Shown one piece after another: positions 56,915-64,000 of a stretch of 64,000 nt of DNA. Each line of letters begins with the position of its first letter. Positions within the stretch are counted from its first letter, which is position 1. The position numbers and the translations under genes were made by a program. The notes beneath the pieces are model-generated. The model had not been told where the DNA came from. It saw only the letters and a program-made list of their open reading frames with translations, and did no database searches. Source of the stretch: Burkholderiales bacterium (GTDB lineage Bacteria; Patescibacteriota; Minisyncoccia; Phycocordibacterales; UBA9973); assembly GCA_023701005.1 (NCBI GenBank), contig JAMPXW010000002.1, positions 45,347 through 109,346 of the forward strand, written 5' to 3'.

Positions 56915-58597
56915 TCAATTTATGTTTTGTTTATAACATTCTTCACAAGCAATTTTCTTGTAATTCCACTCTGGTAAATAATAAGCCTTTCTATCTTTTT
57001 TACAATAACAACAAACATAATCATATGATTGAAGTACCGTTAGAGTCTTCAGGCTTTCTTTGATTCGTACATCAAAATGATATCTAGGAAGTGGGATTCC
57101 ATTTTCTCTGTAAAAAGAAAGTTCATTTCTGGCAATATTAAAACGCCAACCAGTCAAAGGACATATTAAAGCTTGGGTAATAATAGTATCGGGAACATCT
57201 TTTATATCATCAGGTAATTTGTCTGTGCTCATTCCTTCGATATTGCTTTCATTTATATCTTCCCAATAACCACCAAATTTTAAAATATCTTCTTTTTTAG
57301 TATCTGGAAAATATGTAAAACTAGTAGAAAAATTAAAAGGCCCAGCGCTCATAGAATATGGTAAAAATTTACCATACTCTCCTCTTTTTTTCATATCAGA
57401 AATTATTTTATTTTTTAGTTCTTCGTATTCAACTTTTCCATATTTTTTATTTAAAATACAATATTTTTTCTTTTTTAAACCCACACAACCAAAACAATAT
57501 TCACATTCAATACATAGATCTAAATATTCAGAGTATCTAGAAGACGACCAAGAAGAATATTTCAAAGCATAACCATTAACACAGCAACTACAGTTACCTA
57601 ATAATTCAGTATACCAACAACCATCTGCATCAATATCTGATTTATGTCTCATTCCTCTAATACAATTGAAACAATCTTCTGATTCACTGATCGTATTGCA
57701 ATTATGACAATTTTTACAATCTAAAAGATAATCACCGTCAGAATCATATATTTTAAGGTTAAAATTAAGCCTATGAACAACTTCATCTTCCATAATTTCC
57801 TCAAAACGTTTTTTAAAAGATTGAATGGCTTGATATGAACCTAAATTATAAGATTTTATTTTTTCTAGATATTCTTCCCTGCTATATTCTACATTTTCGA
57901 TACAATAAGATTTGCCTCTTAAATTCCAGCACATAAAACAATTTTGACAATTTCGACAGTCATAAAGAAAATAAGAATCGATACAATCACGAGAATGTTT
58001 TGAATAAAATAACTTATAAGAATGATGGCACTCTGCAGAGTCGTAACATTTTTCTGAATTATAACAAATAGCTACATCAATAGAATTTTTAACTTTCAAA
58101 TTCCTGTATGAATACATTAAATCTTCACATTCTTCCATTGATCGTGCTAAATAACAATTTTTAGAATTCCAAACATCATCACAATAATCGCAATTAGTGT
58201 TCTTTATACCATTCTGGTGTGGACGAGGAACTTTTTTTTGAAGTTTTTGTAATTGTTCAAAAAATGGTTTATTTTCATCATAATCTTGACCATAATTCAT
58301 AGCATCCCATTTATCGCTATACCATTCTGTAGATGTATAAATAGGGTAACGATTTTTCTCTGGTAATACTGTAATCAAATTCTCTCCAGATAAATCTGAC
58401 TTACCTTTGCGAAATTTTCCAAACATCCAAAAAGATAGATGTTGTTTTATACGACAAAAATTACAAATAGTTGGTAATTCTATATCAACTTTTTTATACA
58501 AAGAAAGTTCTCCATCCGTAATGGTAAATTCATTTTTGCAGTGCTCACATTCTCTATTTCTCTGTAATCGATTCTGATTCATTATATTCAAAAACAT
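56915..58597 (-). CDS. Cys-rich zinc-ribbon paralog family protein, copy J (560 aa), the most divergent member
   Basis: 'CEHCKNEFTITDGELSLYKKVDIELPTICNFCR' ... 'CWNLRGKSYCIENVEYSREEYLEK' ... 'CVGLKKKKYCILNKKYGKVEYEEL' ... C-terminal 'ACEECYKQNIN'. Its start overlaps the end of grpE. Confidence 0.8.
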   Translation of the reverse strand: MFLNIMNQNRLQRNRECEHCKNEFTITDGELSLYKKVDIELPTICNFCRIKQHLSFWMFGKFRKGKSDLSGENLITVLPEKNRYPIYTSTEWYSDKWDAMNYGQDYDENKPFFEQLQKLQKKVPRPHQNGIKNTNCDYCDDVWNSKNCYLARSMEECEDLMYSYRNLKVKNSIDVAICYNSEKCYDSAECHHSYKLFYSKHSRDCIDSYFLYDCRNCQNCFMCWNLRGKSYCIENVEYSREEYLEKIKSYNLGSYQAIQSFKKRFEEIMEDEVVHRLNFNLKIYDSDGDYLLDCKNCHNCNTISESEDCFNCIRGMRHKSDIDADGCWYTELLGNCSCCVNGYALKYSSWSSSRYSEYLDLCIECEYCFGCVGLKKKKYCILNKKYGKVEYEELKNKIISDMKKRGEYGKFLPYSMSAGPFNFSTSFTYFPDTKKEDILKFGGYWEDINESNIEGMSTDKLPDDIKDVPDTIITQALICPLTGWRFNIARNELSFYRENGIPLPRYHFDVRIKESLKTLTVLQSYDYVCCYCKKDRKAYYLPEWNYKKIACEECYKQNIN

Positions 58598-59165
58598 TAA
58601 CCCTGGCAGCTCGTATTACTCTATCGCCTAATTTATATCCCTTTTGAATAACCTCAGATATTTTATGATTATTTTCTTTCACATCCGTCTTTGTCATATC
58701 GATAGACTGATGAATATTTGGGTCAAAATCTTCTCCTTCTTCCCCGACCTCTTTTACATCATATTCTTCAAATATTGTATTGAGTTGAGCATAAATATAT
58801 TCTACTCCTTTTCTCCAATTTTCATCCACCTTATTCCAAGATTCTTTATTTGCAAAGGCCATATTAAAACTATCTAATACCGTCAAAAATCTAGTGAGAA
58901 TGCGTTCACGTACTGATTCTGAGAAATTAGATCTTCTATCGTCTTCTTGTTTACGATAATTAACGAAGTCAGCTCTTTCTTTCTGCCAACCATTTAAATA
59001 TTCTTCTTTTTCTTTTTTGCAAATTTTTAAATCAGCTCTTAATTTCTTAATAGTTTTCTTTAAATCTTCTTCTCCATCTTCGTTAAATTCAAATTCAAGA
59101 ACTTCCGACTCAGTAGAGTCGTCCCGAGTAGAGTCGATAGATATTTCTTTTTCTTCATCTTTCAT
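58554..59165 (-). CDS. grpE: Nucleotide exchange factor GrpE
   Basis: 'ERADFVNYRKQ', 'ILTRFLTVLDSFNMA', 'DFDPNIHQSI' and 'QKGYKLGDRVIRAARVNVFEY' are the GrpE blocks. Confidence 0.8.
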   Translation of the reverse strand: MKDEEKEISIDSTRDDSTESEVLEFEFNEDGEEDLKKTIKKLRADLKICKKEKEEYLNGWQKERADFVNYRKQEDDRRSNFSESVRERILTRFLTVLDSFNMAFANKESWNKVDENWRKGVEYIYAQLNTIFEEYDVKEVGEEGEDFDPNIHQSIDMTKTDVKENNHKISEVIQKGYKLGDRVIRAARVNVFEYNESESITEK

Positions 59166-59181
59166 ATTTCCATAATAACAA

Positions 59182-59210
59182 AAAATACCCCTATTTTCAA
59201 GGGGTATTTT
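59182..59210. terminator. Palindromic hairpin AAAATACCCCT-attttca-AGGGGTATTTT, a terminator downstream of fic. An identical copy lies at 60396..60424.
   Basis: An 11-bp perfect stem with T-runs on both strands. A sigma70-like TTGAAA-N17-TATTAT can be read through it on the minus strand just upstream of grpE. Confidence 0.55.
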
Positions 59211-59229
59211 AATTACTATCTATTCATTT

Positions 59230-60414
59230 TTACTTAAGAAGTTTTATTAGTTCTGGGTTATAAAAAAGTACTTCTTTCTTAACTTTATCTTTCTTTAACA
59301 TACCATCTTTTGCAAGTAAGTTTAGATACTTTTGCGCTGTATTAAGATGAATTCCAGTACTATTCGCTAAATCTTTGTAAGTATAATAAGATTTTGAAAA
59401 AAGATAATCAATAAATCTAGCCTCAGATGGTAACTTAGTCCCTTTAATTTTAAATTTATAATCAAGTATTAATTGTCTTATACTTAGAATAATTTTATTT
59501 GTTTCATTTGCCTGTTTTATTACTCCATTTAAAACATAAATTATCCAATCTTTCCATTTTTCTTTTTCAGTTACTTCTCTTAAGAGCTTATAATAGATAT
59601 CTTTTGAACCTAAAATATATCCACTCATAAACAAAAAAGGTAAATCTAATCTTTTAACAAGGACAAGATAAAGAACCATCAAAATTCTACCTGTTCTACC
59701 ATTGCCATCCCTAAATGGATGAATAGCCTCAAATTGATAATGTAAAATTGCCATTTTTACAAGAAGGTCTGGCTCTTGTGAATCATTGTCATTATAAAAA
59801 TCTTCAAAATTTTTAAGAAAAACCCTAATAAGTTCTTCTCCTTCTGGAGGGGTATAAATCACTTCATGGGTAATACCATTTTCTATTCTAACAGGTTCTT
59901 TTGTTTGTGAAATATTTCTAATACCTGATTTTTCAGGTTCTAATATTTTCTGAAGAATTATAAAATCATTTGTATTTAAAAATCCTCGGTCTAAAATTAA
60001 TTTAACACCTTTCCATAATGCTTCTTTATAATGAAGTGTTTCTTTTCTTGGATCAGTAAAAGATAAAGTCTCTTTATTAAGCACATCTGCTTTAAAAACT
60101 TCTGCTACTGTGGTGTGAATATTTTCTACACCACTACTAGCAACAGCTTCTCTTATTGCTAAAGGATTAAAAACTAAATCTCTATTTGGTAATGTTCTTG
60201 CTGTTCCATTTAATTCTGAAAGAGCTATATTTGCTCTATTAGTTAACTTTAATATATCTATATCATCAAAATTAAAATCTGGAGGCAAAATTGGCAAGTT
60301 ATTATAAGGTTTTTGGGGGTCATTCTTCATACACAAAATTGTATCAAATTTGTGTTTATTAAGCAAGTCAGACACAACCGGTGTATTTAACCAAAAAAAT
60401 ACCCCTATTTTCAA
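59230..60414 (-). CDS. Fic/Doc family protein (probable AMPylase) with a C-terminal wHTH
   Basis: Canonical Fic motif 'HPFRDGNGRTGRILM'. The start is either TTG 60414 (SD 'AAGAGGA' upstream, inside the hairpin) or the internal ATG at 60330. Confidence 0.75.
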   Translation of the reverse strand: MKIGVFFWLNTPVVSDLLNKHKFDTILCMKNDPQKPYNNLPILPPDFNFDDIDILKLTNRANIALSELNGTARTLPNRDLVFNPLAIREAVASSGVENIHTTVAEVFKADVLNKETLSFTDPRKETLHYKEALWKGVKLILDRGFLNTNDFIILQKILEPEKSGIRNISQTKEPVRIENGITHEVIYTPPEGEELIRVFLKNFEDFYNDNDSQEPDLLVKMAILHYQFEAIHPFRDGNGRTGRILMVLYLVLVKRLDLPFLFMSGYILGSKDIYYKLLREVTEKEKWKDWIIYVLNGVIKQANETNKIILSIRQLILDYKFKIKGTKLPSEARFIDYLFSKSYYTYKDLANSTGIHLNTAQKYLNLLAKDGMLKKDKVKKEVLFYNPELIKLLK

Positions 60415-60424
60415 GGGGTATTTT
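60396..60424. terminator. Second identical copy of the AAAATACCCCTattttcaAGGGGTATTTT hairpin, a terminator after rpsI
   Basis: Identical 29-nt palindrome, with about 33 nt of identical flanking context ('caaaaaaatacccctattttcaaggggtatttt'). Confidence 0.55.
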
Positions 60425-60434
60425 CCTCTTTATT

Positions 60435-60857
60435 TTAACGTTTTGACCATTGTGGAGCTTTACGAGCCTTCTTGAGTCCGAATTTTCTTCTTTCTTTAGC
60501 TCTAGGGTCACGTTTAAGATATCCTAAAGTTTTCATTTTGCCACGTAATTCTTTATCAAATAAAACCAAAGCGCGAGCGAGTCCATGACGCACTGCCTCT
60601 GCTTGAGAATGCACTCCGCCTCCAGAAACCTTGGCTTCTACCTTCCATTTGTTATCTTTATTTTCTCCTTCTATTCCTTTTATAAATGGATCTGAAATCA
60701 AACGACGTTCTTCTTCTGTTTGAAAGTATTCTTTAGCATCTTTATCGTTAACTACAAAACTATTCTTACCTGCTTCCCAGATACGCACTCTGGCTGTTGA
60801 AGTTTTTCTTCTTCCTATAGCTTCGATATATGTTTCTTTTGTTATTTTCTTTTCCAT
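60435..60857 (-). CDS. rpsI: 30S ribosomal protein S9
   Basis: 'GGGVHSQAEAVRHGLARAL' and the C-terminal '...QWSKR'. Confidence 0.9.
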   Translation of the reverse strand: MEKKITKETYIEAIGRRKTSTARVRIWEAGKNSFVVNDKDAKEYFQTEEERRLISDPFIKGIEGENKDNKWKVEAKVSGGGVHSQAEAVRHGLARALVLFDKELRGKMKTLGYLKRDPRAKERRKFGLKKARKAPQWSKR

Positions 60858-60865
60858 ATTATTTA

Positions 60866-61222
60866 TTAATCTTCAACTACTAAATTTTTCATCATATCTC
60901 TTCTTAATTTATTACCTGGAAGCATTTGATACACAGCTAATTTAACTAATTCTTTCATTCCTCTTTTTTCTTTCGTTTCTGTGCCTTTCAATATTCTAAG
61001 ACCTCCTCTGTAGCCTGAATATCTAGTGTGATAAATCTCGTCTAATTTTTTAGCAGTAATTTTAATTTTTGAAGCATTTTTTACTGTAACTTTAGAACCA
61101 GAGTAAATATTCCTAACATAAGAAGCATCTGTCTTGCCCATGAGTGCATAAGCCGCTTCACTAGATACTCTTCCTAATGTTCTTCCTTCTGCATTTATTA
61201 TTTTTGGTTCATTTTTTTTCAT
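60866..61222 (-). CDS. rplM: 50S ribosomal protein L13 (short form)
   Basis: 'HTRYSGYRGGLRI' and 'MLPGNKLRRDMMKNLVV' are L13 signatures. It is adjacent to rpsI. Confidence 0.8.
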   Translation of the reverse strand: MKKNEPKIINAEGRTLGRVSSEAAYALMGKTDASYVRNIYSGSKVTVKNASKIKITAKKLDEIYHTRYSGYRGGLRILKGTETKEKRGMKELVKLAVYQMLPGNKLRRDMMKNLVVED

Positions 61223-61259
61223 ATTTTTTATACTAAATCATTTACTAAAATAACACAAA

Positions 61260-61613
61260 TTATACCAATTCTATTTGAGCCATCTTAGCTCCATCTGATT
61301 TTCTAACTCCTAATTTCAAAACTCTTGTATATCCTCCTTTCTTATCAGTATATTTAGGAGCGATAACTTCAAAAAGTTTCTTTACTTCCTTTCTACGATT
61401 AGATAACTTTGAAATAACGACTCTTCTCGTAGCCATATCTCCCTTTTTTGCTTTAGTGATCAATTTCTCCATGAAAGGACGCAATTCTTTTGCCTTAGGT
61501 TCTGTCGTCTTTATCTTTTCTCTAACAATAAGGTTTAAAGCTAAAGAATTCAACAAAGCTTTTCTTTGATTCTTGTCTCTTCCAAATTTTCTTTTACTAT
61601 TATGGTGTCGCAT
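61260..61613 (-). CDS. rplQ: 50S ribosomal protein L17
   Basis: 'MRHHNSKRKFGRDKNQRKALLNSLALNLIVREKIKTTEPKAKELRPFMEKLIT' is the L17 consensus. Confidence 0.9.
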   Translation of the reverse strand: MRHHNSKRKFGRDKNQRKALLNSLALNLIVREKIKTTEPKAKELRPFMEKLITKAKKGDMATRRVVISKLSNRRKEVKKLFEVIAPKYTDKKGGYTRVLKLGVRKSDGAKMAQIELV

Positions 61614-61632
61614 ATAATTATTCTGAATTATC

Positions 61633-62616
61633 TTATTCTTTTAAATTCAAACCAAACTTGCCTAAAACTTTTTTAATTTCATTGATACCTTTTTCTCCTA
61701 TTCCTTCAACTTCCAACAAATCTTCTCTTTTCTTTCTTGCAAGTCCTCCAAGAGTTCTGATATTTGCTGCAGTGAGAGCATTCAAGGTTCTTGTAGAAAG
61801 ATCTAGAGTATCAGTACGGGTCTTCAAAACATCAGTAAAATCATCTGAGGTTTTATTTTCCTCTTCTTTGTCTTCTTTTGAAACTGGAGCTTTCGCTTTC
61901 TTTTCTTCTTTTATTTCTTCTTCTGGCTCTTTAAAATCAATAACTGACTTTAATTGATTAATCATTATTTCAATAGATTTTAAGAAAGCTTCTCTTGGTG
62001 TAAGAGTTCCGTCTGTCTCAATTGAAATCCTCAATCTGTTATAATTTGTATTATCTCCTACGCGCATATTTTCAACTTCATAAGCCACTCTACGAATAGG
62101 TGTAAATATGCCATCCACTGCGATGGTTCCGATATCTACTTTATCTTTTTGTAAAACTTCTTTAGAAATAAATCCTAAACCTTTTTCTATCTTTAATTCT
62201 ATATCTAAATTAACTTTACCTGTAACTTCTGCTATGTATGAATCAGGATTTAATATTTCCACTTGTCCTCCTGTCTTTATGTCTTTAGCTAATACTTCTT
62301 TTGGGCCTTTTACAGAAAGAGTCACTGTTTGTGGTTCGTCAGAAAGCATTTTGAAACGTATCTTTTTTAAATTTAAAATCATTACAATGACATCTTCTTT
62401 GATGCCATCCATTGTCTGAAATTCATGAGAAATGCCATCTATTTTTATAGATACGATACTAGCACCTGGTAAAGAGGAGAGAATTATTCTTCTCAAACTA
62501 TTGCCTAGAGTGTGGCCATATCCAGGATAAAGACCATCTATTTCAAATACTCCTTTATTATTTTCTTCTAAAACGATACGAGGCTTAGAAGGCATAATTA
62601 TTTTATATTCAGGCAT
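61633..62616 (-). CDS. rpoA: DNA-directed RNA polymerase alpha subunit
   Basis: N-terminal domain 'GHTLGNSLRRIILSSLPGASI' and C-terminal alphaCTD 'LDLSTRTLNALTAANIRTLGGLA'. Confidence 0.9.
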   Translation of the reverse strand: MPEYKIIMPSKPRIVLEENNKGVFEIDGLYPGYGHTLGNSLRRIILSSLPGASIVSIKIDGISHEFQTMDGIKEDVIVMILNLKKIRFKMLSDEPQTVTLSVKGPKEVLAKDIKTGGQVEILNPDSYIAEVTGKVNLDIELKIEKGLGFISKEVLQKDKVDIGTIAVDGIFTPIRRVAYEVENMRVGDNTNYNRLRISIETDGTLTPREAFLKSIEIMINQLKSVIDFKEPEEEIKEEKKAKAPVSKEDKEEENKTSDDFTDVLKTRTDTLDLSTRTLNALTAANIRTLGGLARKKREDLLEVEGIGEKGINEIKKVLGKFGLNLKE

Positions 62617-62684
62617 AATTTTTTATAAAAAGTTATTTTTAAATCTAATAATGTTCATCCGCTTTAAAAGCGGCAAAAAATAAA

Positions 62685-63290
62685 TTAACGACTGTAGAAC
62701 TCAAGAACGGCATTTAAGTCTAAGAAGGTTTCTACATTTTTAGGCTTAGCTAGCATCTTGCCTTCCATTTTACTTGCATCAAAAGACAACCATGCTGGAC
62801 AATTATATTCTTTCAATCTGTCTATCAAATTATCAAAAATTTTCTTTGTTTTAGACCCTTCACGGATTTTGATCACATCTCCTACTTTTACTTCATAAGA
62901 AGGAATAGTAACTTTGTGATTATTTACTATAAAATGTCCATGAGAAACCATTTGTCTAGCGGCTCTTCTACTATTAGTCAAACCCATTCTATATACAATA
63001 TTATCCAAACGAGATTCTAAATTCTCATAAAACTTTTCTGCAGTACCAGAACCCTTCACCAAAGAAGCTTTCTTAACATAGTTTGAAAGTTGACGTTCTG
63101 TAATACCATAAGAAAAACGAATCTTCTGCTTTTCGATAAGCTGTGCTCCATATTCTGTAAGAGCTTTAGGGCGACGTGCGTTTGGTCCTGCAAATTTACC
63201 AGAAGAAGCAGAAAATTTGGCAGTCTGACATTTATCATAAACTCCAGCTCCTAATCTTCTTCCTATTTTAAATTTTGGTTTTGATATCAT
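62685..63290 (-). CDS. rpsD: 30S ribosomal protein S4
   Basis: 'MISKPKFKIGRRLGAGVYDKC...', an S4 domain near the C-terminus, and the rpsK-rpsD-rpoA gene order. Confidence 0.9.
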   Translation of the reverse strand: MISKPKFKIGRRLGAGVYDKCQTAKFSASSGKFAGPNARRPKALTEYGAQLIEKQKIRFSYGITERQLSNYVKKASLVKGSGTAEKFYENLESRLDNIVYRMGLTNSRRAARQMVSHGHFIVNNHKVTIPSYEVKVGDVIKIREGSKTKKIFDNLIDRLKEYNCPAWLSFDASKMEGKMLAKPKNVETFLDLNAVLEFYSR

Positions 63291-63325
63291 AATTTTTAAC
63301 TTTACGAACTTTATAACTTTTTACT

Positions 63326-63766
63326 TTATACTCTACGAGGCTTCTTAGCTTTTGGACCATTGTGTGGAACAGGAGTAGCGTCTTTGATAGAAGTTATATC
63401 TATACCATGAGCCATAAAAGCTCTGATAGCAGGCTCACGCCCAGAACCAACTCCTCTCACTACTACATCTGAATCTTTTACACCTAAAACAGCAGCTTTT
63501 TCGCCAATAAGATCTCCTACCTTAGAAGCTGCAAATGGTGTACCCTTTTTTGCTCCTCTAAAACCTAAAGATCCTGCACTTGACCAAAATAAAGTATTAC
63601 CCAACTTATCACCAAAAAGAACCTTAGTGTTGTTAAAAGTAGCATCAATAAACAAAATACCAGAAGTTATTTTCTTTTTTGGAGTCTTCGCAGTAGAAAT
63701 CTTAGCTTCCACTTCTTGTGTATCTTTTTCTTCTACTATTTCTTTTTCGTTTTTTGTCTTTACCAT
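63326..63766 (-). CDS. rpsK: 30S ribosomal protein S11 (with a K/E-rich N-terminal extension)
   Basis: 'FNNTKVLFGDKLGNTLFWSSAGSLGFRGAKKGTPFAA...TPVPHNGPKAKKPRRV'. Confidence 0.9.
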   Translation of the reverse strand: MVKTKNEKEIVEEKDTQEVEAKISTAKTPKKKITSGILFIDATFNNTKVLFGDKLGNTLFWSSAGSLGFRGAKKGTPFAASKVGDLIGEKAAVLGVKDSDVVVRGVGSGREPAIRAFMAHGIDITSIKDATPVPHNGPKAKKPRRV

Positions 63767-63777
63767 GTTTTTATTAA

Positions 63778-64000
63778 TTATGTTTTACTTTCTTTTCTTT
63801 TACCTGAAGCCATCGTTCTTCTGACATTTCCTCTGACTGTACGAGAGTTTGTCTTTGTTCTTTGTCCTCTCACAGGCAATCTCTTTATGTGTCTGATGCC
63901 TCTGTATGTTTTGATATCTTTTAATCTTTTTATATTTCCAGAAATTTCTCTTTTTAGATTACCTTCTATCTTCATACCTTCTATTATTGAACGAATTTTA
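63778..64000 (-). CDS. rpsM: 30S ribosomal protein S13, C-terminal part. The N-terminus lies beyond the window end.
   Basis: '[43 protein letters not shown]'. The reading frame stays open through nt 64000. Confidence 0.85.
   Translation of the reverse strand, partial: KIRSIIEGMKIEGNLKREISGNIKRLKDIKTYRGIRHIKRLPVRGQRTKTNSRTVRGNVRRTMASGKRKESKT

Noticed and set aside
11552-58597. The repeated conserved about 80-nt sequences at paralog gene ends could be a CRISPR array or IS-element terminal inverted repeats
   Set aside because: The repeats are in-frame coding termini of large intact ORFs. They are direct rather than inverted relative to each gene. They are spaced by about 1.7 kb of coding sequence. 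No cas genes or transposase is present.
59230-60414. Fic gene with flanking hairpins as a toxin-antitoxin module
   Set aside because: No small adjacent antitoxin ORF is present on either side. The inhibitory helix, if there is one, would have to be intramolecular. This is left as unclassified Fic.

Overview
This 64 kb window is strongly AT-rich, and its genes are minus-strand biased and tightly packed. It looks like a small-genome, CPR/Patescibacteria-like bacterium. This is an inference from the housekeeping proteins: a short 311-aa MetK, a short L13, a DnaJ lacking its C-terminal domain II, and many aaRS, ribosomal and divisome genes.

Recognisable core genes:
- Cell envelope and division: a PBP transpeptidase C-terminus, CtpA, an M23 peptidase, mraY-ftsW-murG, scpAB.
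- Translation: gltX, aspS, trpS, cysS.
- Ribosomal and RNAP: rplI, rpmA, rplU, rpsM-rpsK-rpsD-rpoA-rplQ, rplM-rpsI.
- Other: metK, dnaB, recR, purB-like, pepA, PPIase, SPFH, TspO, an AI-2E permease, an ABC exporter, a Fic protein, and grpE / dnaK / dnaJ.

The outstanding feature is a family of 10 paralogous ORFs of about 560-590 aa that I do not recognise as any named family. Together they make up roughly a quarter of the window.
- Each has a conserved N-terminal zinc-ribbon module (CxxC-x17-CxxC, 'FYEKIKVPPPTFCPECR').
- Each has a homologous C-terminal zinc-ribbon module ('LWHRKCMKEGC.NEFETSY.PDR.EIVYCEKCY').
- Each carries a twice-repeated Cys-rich module ending in 'LRNKxYCILNKQYTKEEYE'.
- The middles are variable.

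Nine copies are interleaved with, and split apart, the ancestral grpE-dnaK-dnaJ chaperone locus. They sit together with two paralogous VirD4/TraD/HerA-like P-loop ATPases without membrane anchors, and two small polytopic membrane proteins that share an 'HTKP' motif. These form two similarly composed modules. A tenth copy sits immediately upstream of mraY.

The 5' and 3' ends of the paralog genes are nearly identical at the nucleotide level, while the interiors diverge. This suggests gene conversion or cassette-like diversification.

I interpret this as a candidate undescribed system: coupling-protein-like ATPase, membrane partner, and a diversifying set of Cys-rich zinc-ribbon substrates or effectors, possibly heat-shock co-regulated. 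Function is unknown.
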